Of a DNA stretch of 64,000 nt, positions 29,117 through 43,185 are shown one piece after another. Under the pieces are notes generated by a model. That model was not told where the DNA came from and did no database searches. It saw only the letters and a program-made list of their open reading frames with translations. The translations under genes and the position numbers were made by a program. The stretch is taken from assembly GCF_009914755.1 (NCBI RefSeq), contig NC_060937.1, one strand, 5' to 3'. Each line of letters opens with the position of its first letter. Within the stretch, counting starts at the first letter, position 1. This DNA comes from the human T2T-CHM13v2.0 reference genome, Homo sapiens.

Positions 29117-29289
29117 ATTGCCAAATACAAGAGGACACCTGGTTACATTTCCATTTCAGATCAAAAAATGGATTTTTTTAGGATAAGTATATCTCAAGTA
29201 CTGAATAGGATATACTTATACTAAACAATTATTTATTGTTTATTTAACTGAGCATCTTGTATTTTTACTTGCTAAATCTTGCAACCCTA
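29117..29289. mobile_element. MER53 hAT MITE (palindromic)
   Basis: ttgccaaata...taggataagtatatctcaa...ggatatacttatactaaa...gctaaatcttgcaacccta. Confidence 0.8.
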
Positions 29290-29675
29290 GACAGGTAGAG
29301 CTGGTCCTCTCTTAACAGGAACAGAAGCAGAGCCAAGAGCCCCACATGAAAGTGCTGACCAAACCCAAACCCTCATGAAGAACCCACCAAGCCTGGCTAT
29401 TGCTGTCCTAAAAGATTTGCCCTATAGAGGTTCATCCACATATAATTTTTCCAGAACTGACCTGGTTAGCTTTATCTACTGCCCCCAAATTAGTTCATAT
29501 CCAAACAATTCCATACCTGTCTCTCAGTCTGTATATAAACAGTTTGCATTCAATGTATTTGTACCTGCTGATACCTTTGTACATGCTGTCTCTTTCTCTA
29601 ACAGATCCAGATTCAATACTTACTAAATGCCAACAATGAGACAGAGAATAGTATGAGGTGCTGTCCTTATCTTCA

Positions 29676-29962
<287 letters not shown>

Positions 29963-31878
29963 AGTCTCACCAAGAAGGTGTTACCTGAGGCCCCATAACT
30001 AATAAGTGCCATGGCTAAGATTTAAATTTCTTCCTAAAGATGAGCCACTCCCTGAATGCCTCCCTGATTTCCCATTCCCACCTAAGCCACCTACTGCTCA
30101 ATACTCCCACCAATGGCCAAGTATCATCTTCTCATTCCCACTGAAACCCTTAAGAAAACAGAATTCATGCAAAAGAAACAAGGGGGAGACACTCCCTCCT
30201 GCAGGACGGTGACTTGGTGGCTCTGGATTTTGCTATGAACACCATGGGAATCAATCAATACCTTTGTCCACAGAGACAAAGTTATAAAAGGTGGACAAAT
30301 CCTACACTTGTTTGAAGAAGCAGATTGGCTGTGGTTTGCCGGCCTAAGAACCTACTTAACCCTTATAGTACAATTTATATTGGCAGATGCAATGTGAGTT
30401 CAAACCATTGACTTAGAAATAAACTTGTGCAATGCACGTATTTGGAGACTTGCCTCTACCATCTGTGTGTGCATGCATGCTACTGTGTGCACCTTGTTCT
30501 TGCACTATACTAGAAGTTCAGTAGGGGCAGGGATCACATGTTTTGTTGACTTGTTTTTTTCCCTGCAGCACTAGAGCATCACTTTGGCCAGAGTTGAGGT
30601 TAATCTATGCTTTCCACTGATGAAGAAAGTAAAGGAACTGTCACTTGCTTCTGTCTGTAGAAATGTTTGCAGAACAGGAGATTTGCAATCACTTGCGATT
30701 ATTATAAACTGCTAGCTAACTGCACCAATTATTTTTCTTAGTGGCATAAATGCCTACAAGCTTTCAGTTTTCACTGTTGAGAATGCACTGAGGCTTACTT
30801 TACATCCTCCCAGTTCCCTGAAAGAATCCAGAAAAGGTAAAGAAAAGAAAACCACACAGAAATAACACAGGTATTGTGCTCCCTGGACCAAGGTAATATT
30901 CAGTTTCAATCTGGTGGTTAGGAAAGGGGAAGGAACATCTTAGTCTGAAATCCTACCCATGAAAAGAGTCCAAAATAAAATAAAATAAAACATGTATTGT
31001 TTAGGCAAGTGTTATTGCCGGATGACATTTCAATTCCAGTCTGCTCTGCCTAATGCCTTCGTTTCCTACTCTGTAGGACGAAAGCAGCCCTCTCATCCCA
31101 CAGGTTCAGAAGAAAGCTCCCCTTTGCAGGCAGAGATGCCATTTTCGGCTTTGGAAGAGAAACAAATCATGTTATTGTCAAGGCTGTTACTGAGAACATC
31201 ATGCTCTCAGCCCTACTGGCTTGGCCATAGTCAAAAGAATCAAACAAAGCTGTTTGCCATGAATTTCATCATTCTGGCTTGCCCAGCTGGGATCTCCCCC
31301 CACCCCTACCCTAATTCCACTCTCAATTCGAATGCCCTAGAATTTGTTTCAGGAACAAGTTAAAATTCCTGCTAGTTTCAGACTTACTAATAATGCAAGT
31401 CTTTTCTTTTTTTGTTAAGAAAAGAAATGATTGCGGGAAGATCCTGGGCAGAGGGCTCTAGAGTCTAAAGCCCCTGAGTAAAAGAGGGAGATGGAATGAT
31501 CAGTTTGCACGACTAGAGCATATACATGAAGTGTAGGCCACTGAGCAAATATCTAATTGCCTTTCAGGACACAGAGGCCCTAAGGCCCCACGCCTGGCTC
31601 TGACACCTGTCACCACTCTTGAGTGGACCCAAGGGAGTTTGTCTGCTCAATAAAGGCATTAGGGTCCTACCTGTTAATCTGTCGCCTCAGGGCCTGTACG
31701 AAGGTCCCTTATTCATTATACTGTCAACTCCTTCACCTTTGAGGCGGAATAAAAATGCAATAATTGTCCCGTGGGATTGGGAAAACACAAAGGATAATGT
31801 ATTCCCCGAAACAGTGTTATTTAACAGTCCATCAGATAGGGGAAAATGTACTGGCAGCTTTTCTTATGCTTGCTTTGA

Positions 31879-31952
31879 GCACGCATGTGTGTACGCGTGC
31901 ATATGTGTGTATGTGGGTGGCTGGGTGTGTGCGCGCACGTGTGCATGCACAC
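31879..31952. repeat. Alternating purine-pyrimidine tracts (Z-DNA-prone)
   Basis: 37-bp tract 31879-31915 and 28-bp tract 31925-31952 including gcgcgc. Confidence 0.85.
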
Positions 31953-32574
31953 TTCAGTATGTGGGGCGGGGAGGAGCCCTTTTTTTCTTTTTGGAGTTTG
32001 CTTTGTTATTAAAATTTTCTTTGAAAAATACCATTTGTTAGAACATTCTTTCTAGAAACCTCCAATAGGAAATACTAGAGGCAATACAGGGTAAGAGATA
32101 CTGTTTAGAAAGCAACACCTTCGGAGACAGAAATAACAAGATTTGAATTCTTGCTCACACATAGAGAATGATATGAAGCAAGTGAGGTTATTGTCTATAC
32201 CCCTCATTTCTAACCCACCTCTGGGAAATAGGTATTCTATAATAAAGCCTTTGGGACAGGGCGACTGTGAGCATAAAATAAAGTGGAATATATAAAGTGC
32301 ACACGTGAGGAACTGGGCATGCAGTAAATGGGTAAGAACAGTGACAGCCAACATTTATTTAACTTCTGTATGAAGATGTTGGCTTCAGTGCTTTACCTAG
32401 AAGATGCCATTGAACCCTCACCACTACCCTGAGAGGTAGATACTGCAATTATTCCCATTCTACAGAAAAATGAGGCTTAGAAAGCCTCTGCCTGAGGACT
32501 ACAGCTAGTTAAGAGGTGGAGGCAGGATTGGAACTCGGCCCCAGCTCTATTCACAGAATCCTGTACCAAGATTG

Positions 32575-32935
32575 TAACCTGAGTCCCACGAGCCAGATCT
32601 GGCTTACGGATATGTTTGCTGTGGCTTACTGTATTTATTTTAAAAAATCTAACTTACTTGCCAACAGTTAAAAATTGGGAGAGGTTTCATAGTTCTTAAT
32701 CTTTGGCTTCGCTTTAAAAATCTGAAGCTCTGGATACCCTGCCCCTGTGTTCTCATGTAACCATGACAGGCTGGAGCTGTCCAGTGGCTGTCACTTTTGG
32801 ACAGCCAGGATTGTGTCACAGTCCACCTGCTCCTCATCCTCACACATTCAGGCAACCACCGGGCCCCTGGGAGCATCTGAGGATTTGACTTCTCTCCCAC
32901 TGCCTTTTACATCCATATTCCTCTCTAAAGCCATA
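32575..32935. mobile_element. MER102-like hAT-Charlie element
   Basis: gccagatctggc, gccaacagttaaaaattgggagaggtttca, ggctggagctg...gtggctg. Confidence 0.6.
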
Positions 32936-33336
32936 AAGTTGTTAGGCAACAATCTGGTATCTGTACGTGATTCCTTTGTGGAGTAAAATGCCTGCAGTAA
33001 CTCTCATCTCTGCTGAATTCTAGTCATTCCTGCCTGATGCAACTCCCAGTACGATGTCAGTAACACACGAATAGTCTCCTGGATTCCTCGGGGGGCCCTC
33101 CTGATGCCTCCCTCTGCTCTAAGCCTGGAAAGACCCAGAAGCATCCCCCCGGCTCTGAGCATGTATCATCCCTTAGGTTCGTCTTTTTCCTCCCTTTGAT
33201 CTCCCAAAAAGCTATCTTAGCCAAGAGACTCCTCACCTCTGCCTTCCTGGATTATTGCAGTAGCCTTCCACCTGACCCCCTAACATACCCCCACCCATTC
33301 AAAACCTTCATATTCATCTTCAGCAAATCTTTCTTT

Positions 33337-34093
33337 TCTTATTTTTTTTATTTCTGTAAGTTTTAGGGGGACAAGTGGTATCTGGTTACATGAGTAAGTT
33401 CTTCAGTGATGATTTGTGAGATTTGGGTGCATCCAACACCCAAACAGTATACACTGAACCCGAATTGTAATCTTTTATCCCTCACTCCCTTCCCGCCCTT
33501 TTCCCCTGAGTCCCCAAACTCTATTGTGTTATTCTTATGCCTTTGCATCCTCATAGTTTAGCTCCCACTTATGAGTGAGAACATATGATGCTTGGTTTTC
33601 CATTCTTGAGTTACTTCACTTAGAATAATAGTTTCCAATCCCATCCAGGTTGCTGCAAATACCATTAATTCATTCCTTTTTATGGCTGAGTAGTATTCCA
33701 TCATATACATATATATATATATGTGCCACAGTTTCTTTAGCCACTCGTTGATTGATGGGTATACAGTTTGCTTCTACATTTTTGCAATTGTGAATTGTGC
33801 TGCTATAAACATGCATGTGCAAGTATCTTTTTTGTATAATGAATGACTTCTTTTCCTCTGGGTAAACACTCAGTAGTGAGGATTGCTGGATCAAATGGTA
33901 GTTCTACCTTTGGTTCTTTAAGGAATCTCCACACTGTTTTCCATAGTGGTTGTACTAGTTTACATTCCCCCCAGCAGTGTAGAAGTGTTCCCTGTTCACC
34001 GCATCCACACCAACATCTATTATTTTTTTATTTTTTGATTATGGCCCATTCTTGCAGGAGTAAGATGGTATCACACTATGGTTTTGATTTGCA
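33337..34093 (-). mobile_element. L1PB1-like 5'-truncated insertion
   Basis: ggttacatgagtaagttcttcagtgatgatttgtgagattt...; TSD agcaaatctttcttt (33322-33336) / agcaaatccttcttt (34094-34108). Confidence 0.92.
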
Positions 34094-34116
34094 AGCAAAT
34101 CCTTCTTTCATGGCCA

Positions 34117-34278
34117 GAGTCAGCCTCATGGGTGTGAAGTTACATAAGACCCCTGCTTAGAAGGACCCCTCAGCTGGTTTATGCCTTGCTATTGCATTTT
34201 GAAATGTCTAATGATTTCTGAACAAAGGCCTGCATTTTTATTTTGCACTGGGGCTGGCAAGTAATATAGCTGGTCCTG
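34117..34278. mobile_element. MER91A-like hAT-Tip100 MITE
   Basis: ccctgcttagaaggacccc...gcatttttattttgcactggg...tagctggtcctg. Confidence 0.7.
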
Positions 34279-34724
34279 TTCATGTTTCAATTCAAGAAGC
34301 TTTGATGACTTCTAACCTTAGTAGTATTTCCATCTTTTCTGAACAATGACAAAGAACGTGATAACATTTGTACACTGCAGTGGGCTGCTCTGGAAACCCA
34401 GAGCCTGGCCAGCCATGCAGGAGAAAACAGATGTGATGGCAAATTGTGACTCTTTAGCTTCAACCAAAAATGCTGAGTACACCTGTGAGGGAAGTTCCGG
34501 CCTGCAAGAGAGAGCCCGTGAGTTCACTATAGTTCTCATCAGCTTTATCTCAGGAAGCTTATCCTGCAGTCAGGCTGATCTCTGTGAGTTCACATATTAG
34601 TCACACGGTCATCTCCAGGCCCTCATTCATACAAATCCAGTTTCTAGGAGTAATCACTCCCCTTCTCAGTGTTACCCAAATCCTGCACACATTCTCAGAG
34701 CAGCTCAAGTCCACAAAGTGTGCC

Positions 34725-36365
34725 CTGTGTATTAATATCAGCCAACAGTGCTTCATTCACACATTGCATGACTATTGATGTCTTAATCTGTGGAGGTACT
34801 GAGCCAGTGTGGGGCATATGATTGTAATAGCATGTGCAAGCCCCTGCCTGATGAAGTTAGGGATGCAAACAAGTAAAGGGGTCACTTCAGTGCAGTGTGA
34901 CCAGAGATGTCGCAGAAGAAGTAAGGGGAGGATGCACGCATTTCCCAGGGCTGCTCTAACAAATTACCACCCACCGCGTGGCTTACAGCAACACAAATGT
35001 GTTCTCTCACCATCCTGGAGGAGACAAGTCGAAATCAAGGTGTCAGCAGGGCCATGCCCCCTCTGAAGGCTCCAGGGAAGCATCCTTCCTTGCCAATCTC
35101 AGCTTCTGGTGCTTCTTGGTTTGGGGCTTGCACAGCTCCAGTCTTTGTCTCCTTCTCCACGTGCCATTTCCCTCTTCTCTCTGTGTCTCTCCTCTGCATG
35201 CCTCTCATAAAGACACTCATCATTGTATTAAGGGCCCACCTGGATAATCCAGGATTATCTCCCGTCAAGATCCTTACTTCGTTATGTCTGCAAACAGCCC
35301 TTTTTAAACTAAGGTAACATTCCCAAGTTCTGGGAATCAGGTTGTAGATGTATCTTTGGTGGTGAGGGGTGGGGATCACCACTCAATTCACTTCAGAGGG
35401 TTTATGACAGGGCAGCTAACCCCACACTGGGGAGTTGGGGGAGGTCTCCTTGAATAAGTTAACATTTAAACTGAATAAGTCAGGCAAGGGGGGAAAGAAG
35501 GGTGTGGAGGAGTGAAAGTGTTTCTGGAAATAATATGTGCAAAGATCCCAATACAAAGTTAAGCATCCTGGATACCTGGAACTGAAAGAAGCTACGTGTG
35601 TCTGCAGAATACTTAGCAGTACAAGGAAGAAAGGGTAAAAGAAGCAGCTGGAGAAGTAATCAGGGCCAAATCTAGATGGGCCTTGTAACCACAAAGTCAA
35701 TCTGGCCGATGTAATGGGGAGGCATTGAAGGGTTTTCAGCAACACAAGGACATTAGCAGATTTGGGAAGATTGCTATGGCTGGAGAGTGAAGAACGGTTT
35801 GGAGCAGGCCAAGACTAGAAACAAGGAGACTGGTTAGGATATGGTAACACTATCCAGGCAGTGCATGACAAGTTAGGATGATGCTGAAGGGAAGGGAGAA
35901 AAGTCAATACATTCGAGAGGTTACTTGGAAGGTAAAATCAACAGGACTTAGTAACTGATGGGGTTTCAGTATGGAAGTTAAGGATGAGGCACAGTCTTCT
36001 GGCTTCTGGTGTGGACGGAGTTGCCATTGTTGAGGTAGGAAGTGAGAAGGAAGTGCAGTTTAGGTGGGCACTATATGGGGTAAGTTTGAAGTGTCCGTAG
36101 GACAGCTGATTGGAGTCTCTTATTGGGCATTTGAATTTGGATTTCTGAAGCAGAGCAGCCTGGGGCTAGAAATACAGACTTGGGAACAATCAGCACGTGG
36201 ATGACATGTTAAGTCATGGAATGAATGACCTTGCTCAGGAATAGATGGCATGAAAAAAGAACAGGGCCCAGGATAGAATGCCCAGGAGCACTGGTGCTTA
36301 TGTGATGGACAGAGGACAAGGAACTGTGGTAAATGGCAAAAGACACAGAGGGCAACCACTTCCAA
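34725..36365 (-). mobile_element. L2 fragment (~1.2 kb) split by MLT1C
   Basis: ttgaagggttttcagc, ggagactggttagga, ggaaggtaaaatcaacaggactta, aagtttgaagtgtcc, typical antisense L2. Confidence 0.75.
34933..35395 (-). mobile_element. MLT1C-like solo LTR
   Basis: tttcccagggctgctctaacaaattaccac...gaaatcaaggtgtcagcagggccatgc...ggataatccaggat. Confidence 0.88.
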
Positions 36366-36733
36366 TATTCAGGTATGTGTGACTTTTTACCATACAATTG
36401 GAAACTTACTGTCAATTATCCTATTCTATGTCCCTCATTTTATATTTCATTGGACAATTCAAGCACAATATTGTTCTATGTTATGTTGTCTTGATCACTA
36501 TTTTGTATACCTGGGAACCAAAGCAAGGGTTGAGAACAGGGGCCCCATCCATTAATAAGCACTGCACAATTGGCTAGGTATGAACTGTCCAGAGCCTGAG
36601 TTAGAAAACAGGAAAAGGAGACATTCCCAATATCCTCTGATCCTTCCCCAAAACCCCATCATCCAATGTCACCATCAATGAACATTCTGAAGAATTATCT
36701 TAAGTTATAGTTAAGTTTCTCTAAATTAAGTAG

Positions 36734-37102
<369 letters not shown>

Positions 37103-37127
37103 TTTTCATCTAGTTAAATCCTACGTA

Positions 37128-37337
37128 ACAACACCATCCAATAGAATTTTCTGCAATGACGGAAACATTCATTATCTGTGTTATGTAATACGGTAGCCAC
37201 TTGCTGCAGGTGGCTAGTGAGCACTCGAATATGGCTAGCGCAACTGAGAAATGGAACTTTTAATTTTATTTACATTTAATTTATTTAAACTGAAATGCCA
37301 ACATGGGGCTAGTGGCTACCATATTGGACAACATAGC
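37128..37337. mobile_element. MER3 hAT-Charlie MITE
   Basis: tccaatagaattttctgcaatgacggaaa...ggtagccac...ggctagtggctaccatattggaca. Confidence 0.85.
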
Positions 37338-37619
37338 TATATAACTTTCCATGAACTCAAAATTCACTTCCTCAAGGAAAATTCCCTTCATCCTCCTTCC
37401 AAAATTAGGCCTCATCTGCCCACTCTATGCTGTCTAGAACCTTCTTCTTTCATAAAGTCAATGAGGATTATAATTTTGAATAAGTTTGTGTGTATTACAA
37501 GTTTAATGTCCACTTCCCCTGGTAGAACAAGCTCTAGGAGAGTAGAGACGATGTCTCAGTTACTACAATGTGTGATACTTACTCAGTGCTCAATAAATAT
37601 TTATTGCAATAATGAATGA

Positions 37620-37912
37620 GGCCAGATGTGGTGGCTCACGCCTGTAATCCCAGCACTTTGGGAGGCGAAGGCGGGCAGATTCCCTGAGCTGAGGAGTTCG
37701 AGACCAGCCTTGGCAACATGGCAAAACCCCATCTCAACTAAAAATACAGAAATTAGCCAGGTGTGGTGGCACATGCCTGTAGTCCCAGCTACTCGGGAGG
37801 TGGAGGCAAGAGAATCACTTGAACCCAGGAGTCAGAGGTTGCAGTGAGCTGAGATTGTGCCACTGCGCTCCAGTCTGTGTGACAGAGTGAGACTCCATCT
37901 CAAAAAAAAAAA
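37620..37912 (+). mobile_element. AluS inserted in the (TGAA)n tail of an L2
   Basis: Full sense Alu flanked by aatgaatga; L2 3' end gtgctcaataaatatttattg just upstream. Confidence 0.95.
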
Positions 37913-40569
37913 ATGAATGAATGAATGATCAAATGATCGTTAAAATATTCTATAGGATTATATACCGTATATATGCTTATTAAATAGTTGATCACAGAAT
38001 GCAATCATATAATAAATAATCCTGGGAGGCTAACTGCTGTAATCAACAGAAACTGGGACTGACAGGGAAGGTAAGAATTTGACATGTTCAGTTTTGGGTA
38101 TGTGAAATTTGAGATGCCAGATCAAGTGCATTAGGCCCTTTACCTTATTGTCAACTAAAATCGTAAAGGCTCTTCTAATTCATGAGAACATCCCACATCT
38201 CCTCTCTCTTGCACTTTGTAGCTAAGAGAAAAACCATTCACCCTTCTCATTAACATTTCTCATTCTTCCCTGAATGTTATGTTCATTGTTCAGCCTCTTG
38301 AAGTTGCTCTAAATCCTGAGTTTATGAGTGTACTTATCTCCACTCCCAGCTTTGCATTGTGTCAGTATTTATTTAACGTATTCCCAAAGCTGTTAATCCA
38401 GTTAATTGGTAAACATTGGCTATGTCAGAACCTGTAGCACAGTACCGAAGGAAGGCCTCCAGATAGATACCAAAATGCACGAATCAGCAGCACCCTTTGG
38501 ATATGTCCTTTCACTCATTAAGTAAGCCCTGCCTGGAATGGAACTTGAGCCATGTCTGTTACTCTGGCCTCATGGAGCACCTGGGAGCTCACTAGCAAGC
38601 TCCTTAACTCTCTCCTGCTCCAGCTCCTTCTCAGCACTGTTGTTTCCTTCTTCTCCTAACAGATAAGTGGAAATTGGAGGGCCCCGTGGGCCTGCCTGAA
38701 TCCAACTGCCACACCCCGGGCAAGCAGAGGGCCAGGGCCCTTTGCCCAAGTTTCCTTACAAACCCATGAAGGACAGTTTCAGAAAGCAGCACTCTAAAGG
38801 CACTCAGTGTCAGAGCCAAGGTAAACAGCCTGGGACACAGCTGCCGGTCCAACCGGGGTTAGGCAACGTGGACAGCCAGCGTGGGAAGCCAAGAGAAGCC
38901 GAGGAAAGAAAGAGAAGGGAGGTTTGAAGGGGGCAGTTGAGAGGGAGGCTTTGGCAGTTCTTGACTTCTGCTGCCATTGCAGTGGGCTTTGGAAGCCTTG
39001 AAAGGGACCGTAAAGATGAGAGCCAAGGAGGTGGCCACCAGAGGATGCATTTGATTGGGAATAGACAAAAGAGGCATCATCCTCACTTCAAAGCCATTTA
39101 TCAAACACAGCAAGTGTGCTCTGCATAAGGATAAAGACCACCAGCTCTAGCATACATCTCAGGGTCCCAGAGAGGACAGGCAGACACCTCCCTGCGAACC
39201 CTAAGGCCTTACTGGGCAGCTCCCGACCTGGACAGGAGAGTTGGCACCACTAGCATACCGCCCTCCCTATTCTGCCTCCCTGAATTCCTTCTCAGCTTCT
39301 AGAAAGGGCAAACGGTCCTTCCATTACCAAAAGGCCCCCAACCACCACCCCTCCACTTCACAGAAAAACCATCACATGTTAACAGTCCTCACTGTTCTCT
39401 GCATGTTACATCACTGCTGACTTCTTTTAGTTTTTTCAAAAGCCCTAAAAACTGCTACCAGGAAATGAATAAGTCTACGTTGGATAATCCATAGCAATCT
39501 CATTTACTGTGAACAAGAGCCACAAACAGGACAGTGTGGTCATCGCTCAAGGGTGTTGGTGACCGGTCGGGTGATTCCCAGAAGAGATCAAAGCCAGGCA
39601 GAAAAGATGGCAAATGTAGCAGCTAGTGTAGTCAGTGGGTTGTGATTTGGCTGGAGCTGAGGCAAGGGAACGTCTGAAGCGAATGAATAAAACCCTGCAC
39701 AGCTCTGAGAATGCCCGTGGCCTGGCCTGTGCTGTTGTTACATTTATATCTAATTCATGGAGTTGGTAACTGAGTGGTCGGGGCCCAGCCAGACTGCAGC
39801 AGCCTGTGCAGTTCCCCCAGGAGCCCGTTGGCCAGGTTTACCTTGCCTAGTTTCATCTCAAAGAAAAACATCGATTTAACAAATATCAAACCTTGGACCC
39901 CTGAGACATTGAAGCAATCAGGTTCTGTGGCCTGTAGGAAGCTTCTGCAATGCCAACCTGCTAAATGGTACCAAATGCCCAAACATTAGTCATAGGCACT
40001 ATTATCAATGACCTACTGCATGCCAAGTGCTTGTATATAAACTGTTTCACTTGATCCTATTCCAAAATCTCTCTCCTGTCATCCTCACAGGCAACCGCTC
40101 TCATTGAAGTCATGATTTCTGCCTTTATCTCTGACTGGATTTCCCTGACTCATCCACACATAGCCTGAATAAACTTGGAAATGTATAAATATGAGCAAGT
40201 CATTCCCCTTCTTAAGACTTTATGCATTGCCGGTTTCCTTTGGGTCACATCTGCTCTCCTGGGCTCAGCATTCGAGGCCCTCTGTTGCTGCCGCTGCCCT
40301 CCTCCTGTCCCTCGGCCTCTCTTCTTATGCCTACCCTGAGTAGGTGCACCCCTGTGCCTTTCCAAGAGAACTTCCCCTGCTTGTGGCCACCGGAGAGTTC
40401 AGGTTCCTCCTTTGGGATCGCTGGCATCCTACTTTTCTCCCTGAGACCTTTCCTGACTTCACCCATTGCAGTGAGTCTCCCATACCCACGGTGAGGCAAA
40501 CTTGGCAGCTTGTCCTTCAACCAATTGCACTCACTACACCCCTCCTTAATCATTCATTTCTTTCATTCT

Positions 40570-40792
40570 CAAAGGAGTTGATATCCTCAAGGGAGCCAGA
40601 AGTGGTTCTTGGTCAAGGGAGGCTGGAAAAATTTTGTTCTTTTTATTATAAATCACAGATATGCATATAGTACACAAATACAGTATATCTGTGATATTAA
40701 AATTTCACAGGATAGAGAAGGGAAGATTATGAAAAAATGTCTACCAAGGCTCCTTAGAGGCCAATAATGAAAAAAAGATTGAGAAATACTAA
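40570..40792. mobile_element. MER112-like hAT-Charlie MITE
   Basis: acagtatatctgtgatattaaaatttca...aaaaatgtct...ggctccttag...ataatgaaaaaaagattgagaaatact. Confidence 0.55.
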
Positions 40793-41869
40793 ACCGGTTT
40801 GTTTGTATGTCTTCCTCACCAACTGGACCGTGAGTCCTCTGTGAATCCCCAGAGCCAGTGGAGTGCCTGACACATGGAGTGCTTTTGAAGAAATGTTGGC
40901 TGTTGAAAGCTGAATGCATGCATGCATGCATGAATGAATCCTCCCAATACTCCCGAGGGGTGGCATTGCTGCCCCATTGGGAAAGATAAGAGAACAGATG
41001 CTAAATGCCCTCCTCCAACACCATCAAAGTCCCAGAGTTAGTAAGTGCTGCAGTAGAAACTTTAAATTCAGAACTTCTAGACTCTAAACCCAATACTTTC
41101 ACACCTTACTTTGGTGTAATTGATAGAATTTACACAAAAATAGGATAATACATTTACCAACTTGCCTTTAACCTTCAAGAATGCTCTGGTTGGAATATCC
41201 TAAGCCAATTTGCATATCCAAGAAGAACCTTAGGAAATCATGCCTATGGTCATATAGACTCCAGCAAAAATGCCTCAGCACCACAATGAGTTTTGGTGGG
41301 AATGGTGGCCTAATGAGGTGAAGCTGTAGCCACCCACCTAACTTGTAACTGAGCCTTACAGTTAATCCAACTAAATTAAATTTTATAAAACTTCAGGCTT
41401 GAGCCTCTTCTATGTAGACAACTGAGCAGCAGAGGGCCACTTTGCCCTCAGGAGGTGGGGGTGGTAGAATAAGAAAAGAATATACGCAATTATAATGCAG
41501 GATTCAACAAGATCACAGTCATGAGACATGAAATTCTAAGCCAGGAGATGAGCCACAGTCGGGAGATAATGAGGACGGGAATGTTCTAATAAAGATACTC
41601 TCCCTGTTGAAAGCCAACAAAGTGACATCTATAAAATGGTTTTATGAGTAAATTTGTTGAAGCAGGAGGAGTTGAGTAGCTCAAACCAGTGTTTTATCCT
41701 TTCCAGGGTCATGACGAGGTTTAAAAACTGATTTATGAGTCTGTTTGTTTAATCAAACTTTCCTTATTTCCCACTCCTGAGCTTATGAGCAGAAGCGAAG
41801 CAGTGAGAAGAATCCCTGCTGAGCAGGAGTTCATCCTCCTAGGACACAGCCTTTTGCTTTTAAGCATAA

Positions 41870-42930
41870 ACACTTCATATAAAGAAAAAGTGCACTAATC
41901 ATAAGTGACCAATTCAATGCATTTTCACTAAAAGAACAAACCCTGTAACCACCACCCAGATGCAGAAATAAAATAGTACCATATCCACAAACTCTCCTGG
42001 TTATTCAATCTCTACCTCCCCTCACAGGTTACCTTAGACTTTTTGTGTTTCTTTTCTAACTTTAAAGAAATGGAACGATACACTAGATACTCTGACTCTA
42101 ACCTCTTTTGCTCAGTAAATGTCTGTGAGATCCATCAAGGCTTACATGTAGCCATATTTTGTTCATTTTTGTTGCTGAAAGAAGTTCACTGTATGGACAT
42201 ACCACACTTATTTGTCCATTCTGCCGTCGAAATTTGGGTTGTTTCTGCTTTTTTATTATTATGCATAGTGCTGCTATGAATGTTCTTCCTCCGTGTCTTT
42301 TGATATGCATACGTACTCATGTATATCTAGGAGTGAAAGTGCTAGGTCATGTGGCACATGTATGTTCAGCCCTAAAGCTGAAGATCCTGCTGCGTAGATT
42401 TGAAAAGTGGTTGTAACAACTATATACTAACACCGTATACTAACTGTGTGTAAGTGTTTAAGAGTTCCAAATACTACAAATCCTTGCCAACACTTGGTAT
42501 TGAGTGTCTTTTTCTTTTTAGCCATTCTGGTGGGTGTGTTTTTGAAGTTCATGATTTTAATTGGCATTTTTCTGATGAGTAATGAAGTCAGAGGCAGCTT
42601 TTTATGCATTTATTGACCATTTAGAGTTCATCTTTTGTAAACTCTACAAGTCTTTTGTACATTTTTTCTGTTGGGATATCTTTCTTTTTCTTATTAATTT
42701 GTAGGAGAGCTTTATATATTTGGATACAAGGTTTTGTTTTTTTTCAGATATGTGATTCACAAATATCTTCTCCCAATCCATGGCCTTGTTTTCACTCTCT
42801 TAATGGTGTCTTCTGATAAACAAAGATTCTTATTTTTAATGCAGTCTAATTTATTTTATGTCTAATCAACTTTATGTTTAGTACATTTTATGTGCTACTT
42901 ACGAAAGCTTTGTCTTTCCCACTATTGCGA
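41870..42930 (-). mobile_element. Old L1M (L1MD/ME) 3' region
   Basis: tgtaaccaccacccagat, tttttagccattctggtgggtgtg, aaatatcttctcccaat, tcactctcttaatggtgtctt. Confidence 0.75.
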
Positions 42931-42999
42931 AGATGTTCTTCTGCATCGTAACACTGAGTCCCATCCAAGAGCCCAATTTATACTTTTATTAACTTAAGC

Positions 43000-43185
43000 T
43001 TTTTTTTTTCTTTAGGAGGTATAATTGACAAATAAAAGTTGTACATATTCAAGGTGTACAATGTGATGTTTTGACATGTGTATACATTGTAAAATAATTG
43101 CCACAATCAAGCTAATTAACATATCCACTGCCTCACACAGTTACCTTTTTTGTGGGTGTGATGAAAATGCTTAAGATCTGCTCAG
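43000..43185 (-). mobile_element. L1MA9/10-like 3' end
   Basis: ggtataattgacaaataaaagttgtacatattcaaggtgtacaatgtgatg...cacaatcaagctaattaacatatcc. Confidence 0.8.

Noticed and set aside
29117-29289. Long imperfect hairpin resembling a pre-miRNA
   Set aside because: Explained by the intrinsically palindromic MER53 MITE; no evidence of processing from sequence alone
40791-40800. AAACCGGTTT, a GRHL-type palindrome
   Set aside because: Single short motif at a transposon edge with no supporting context
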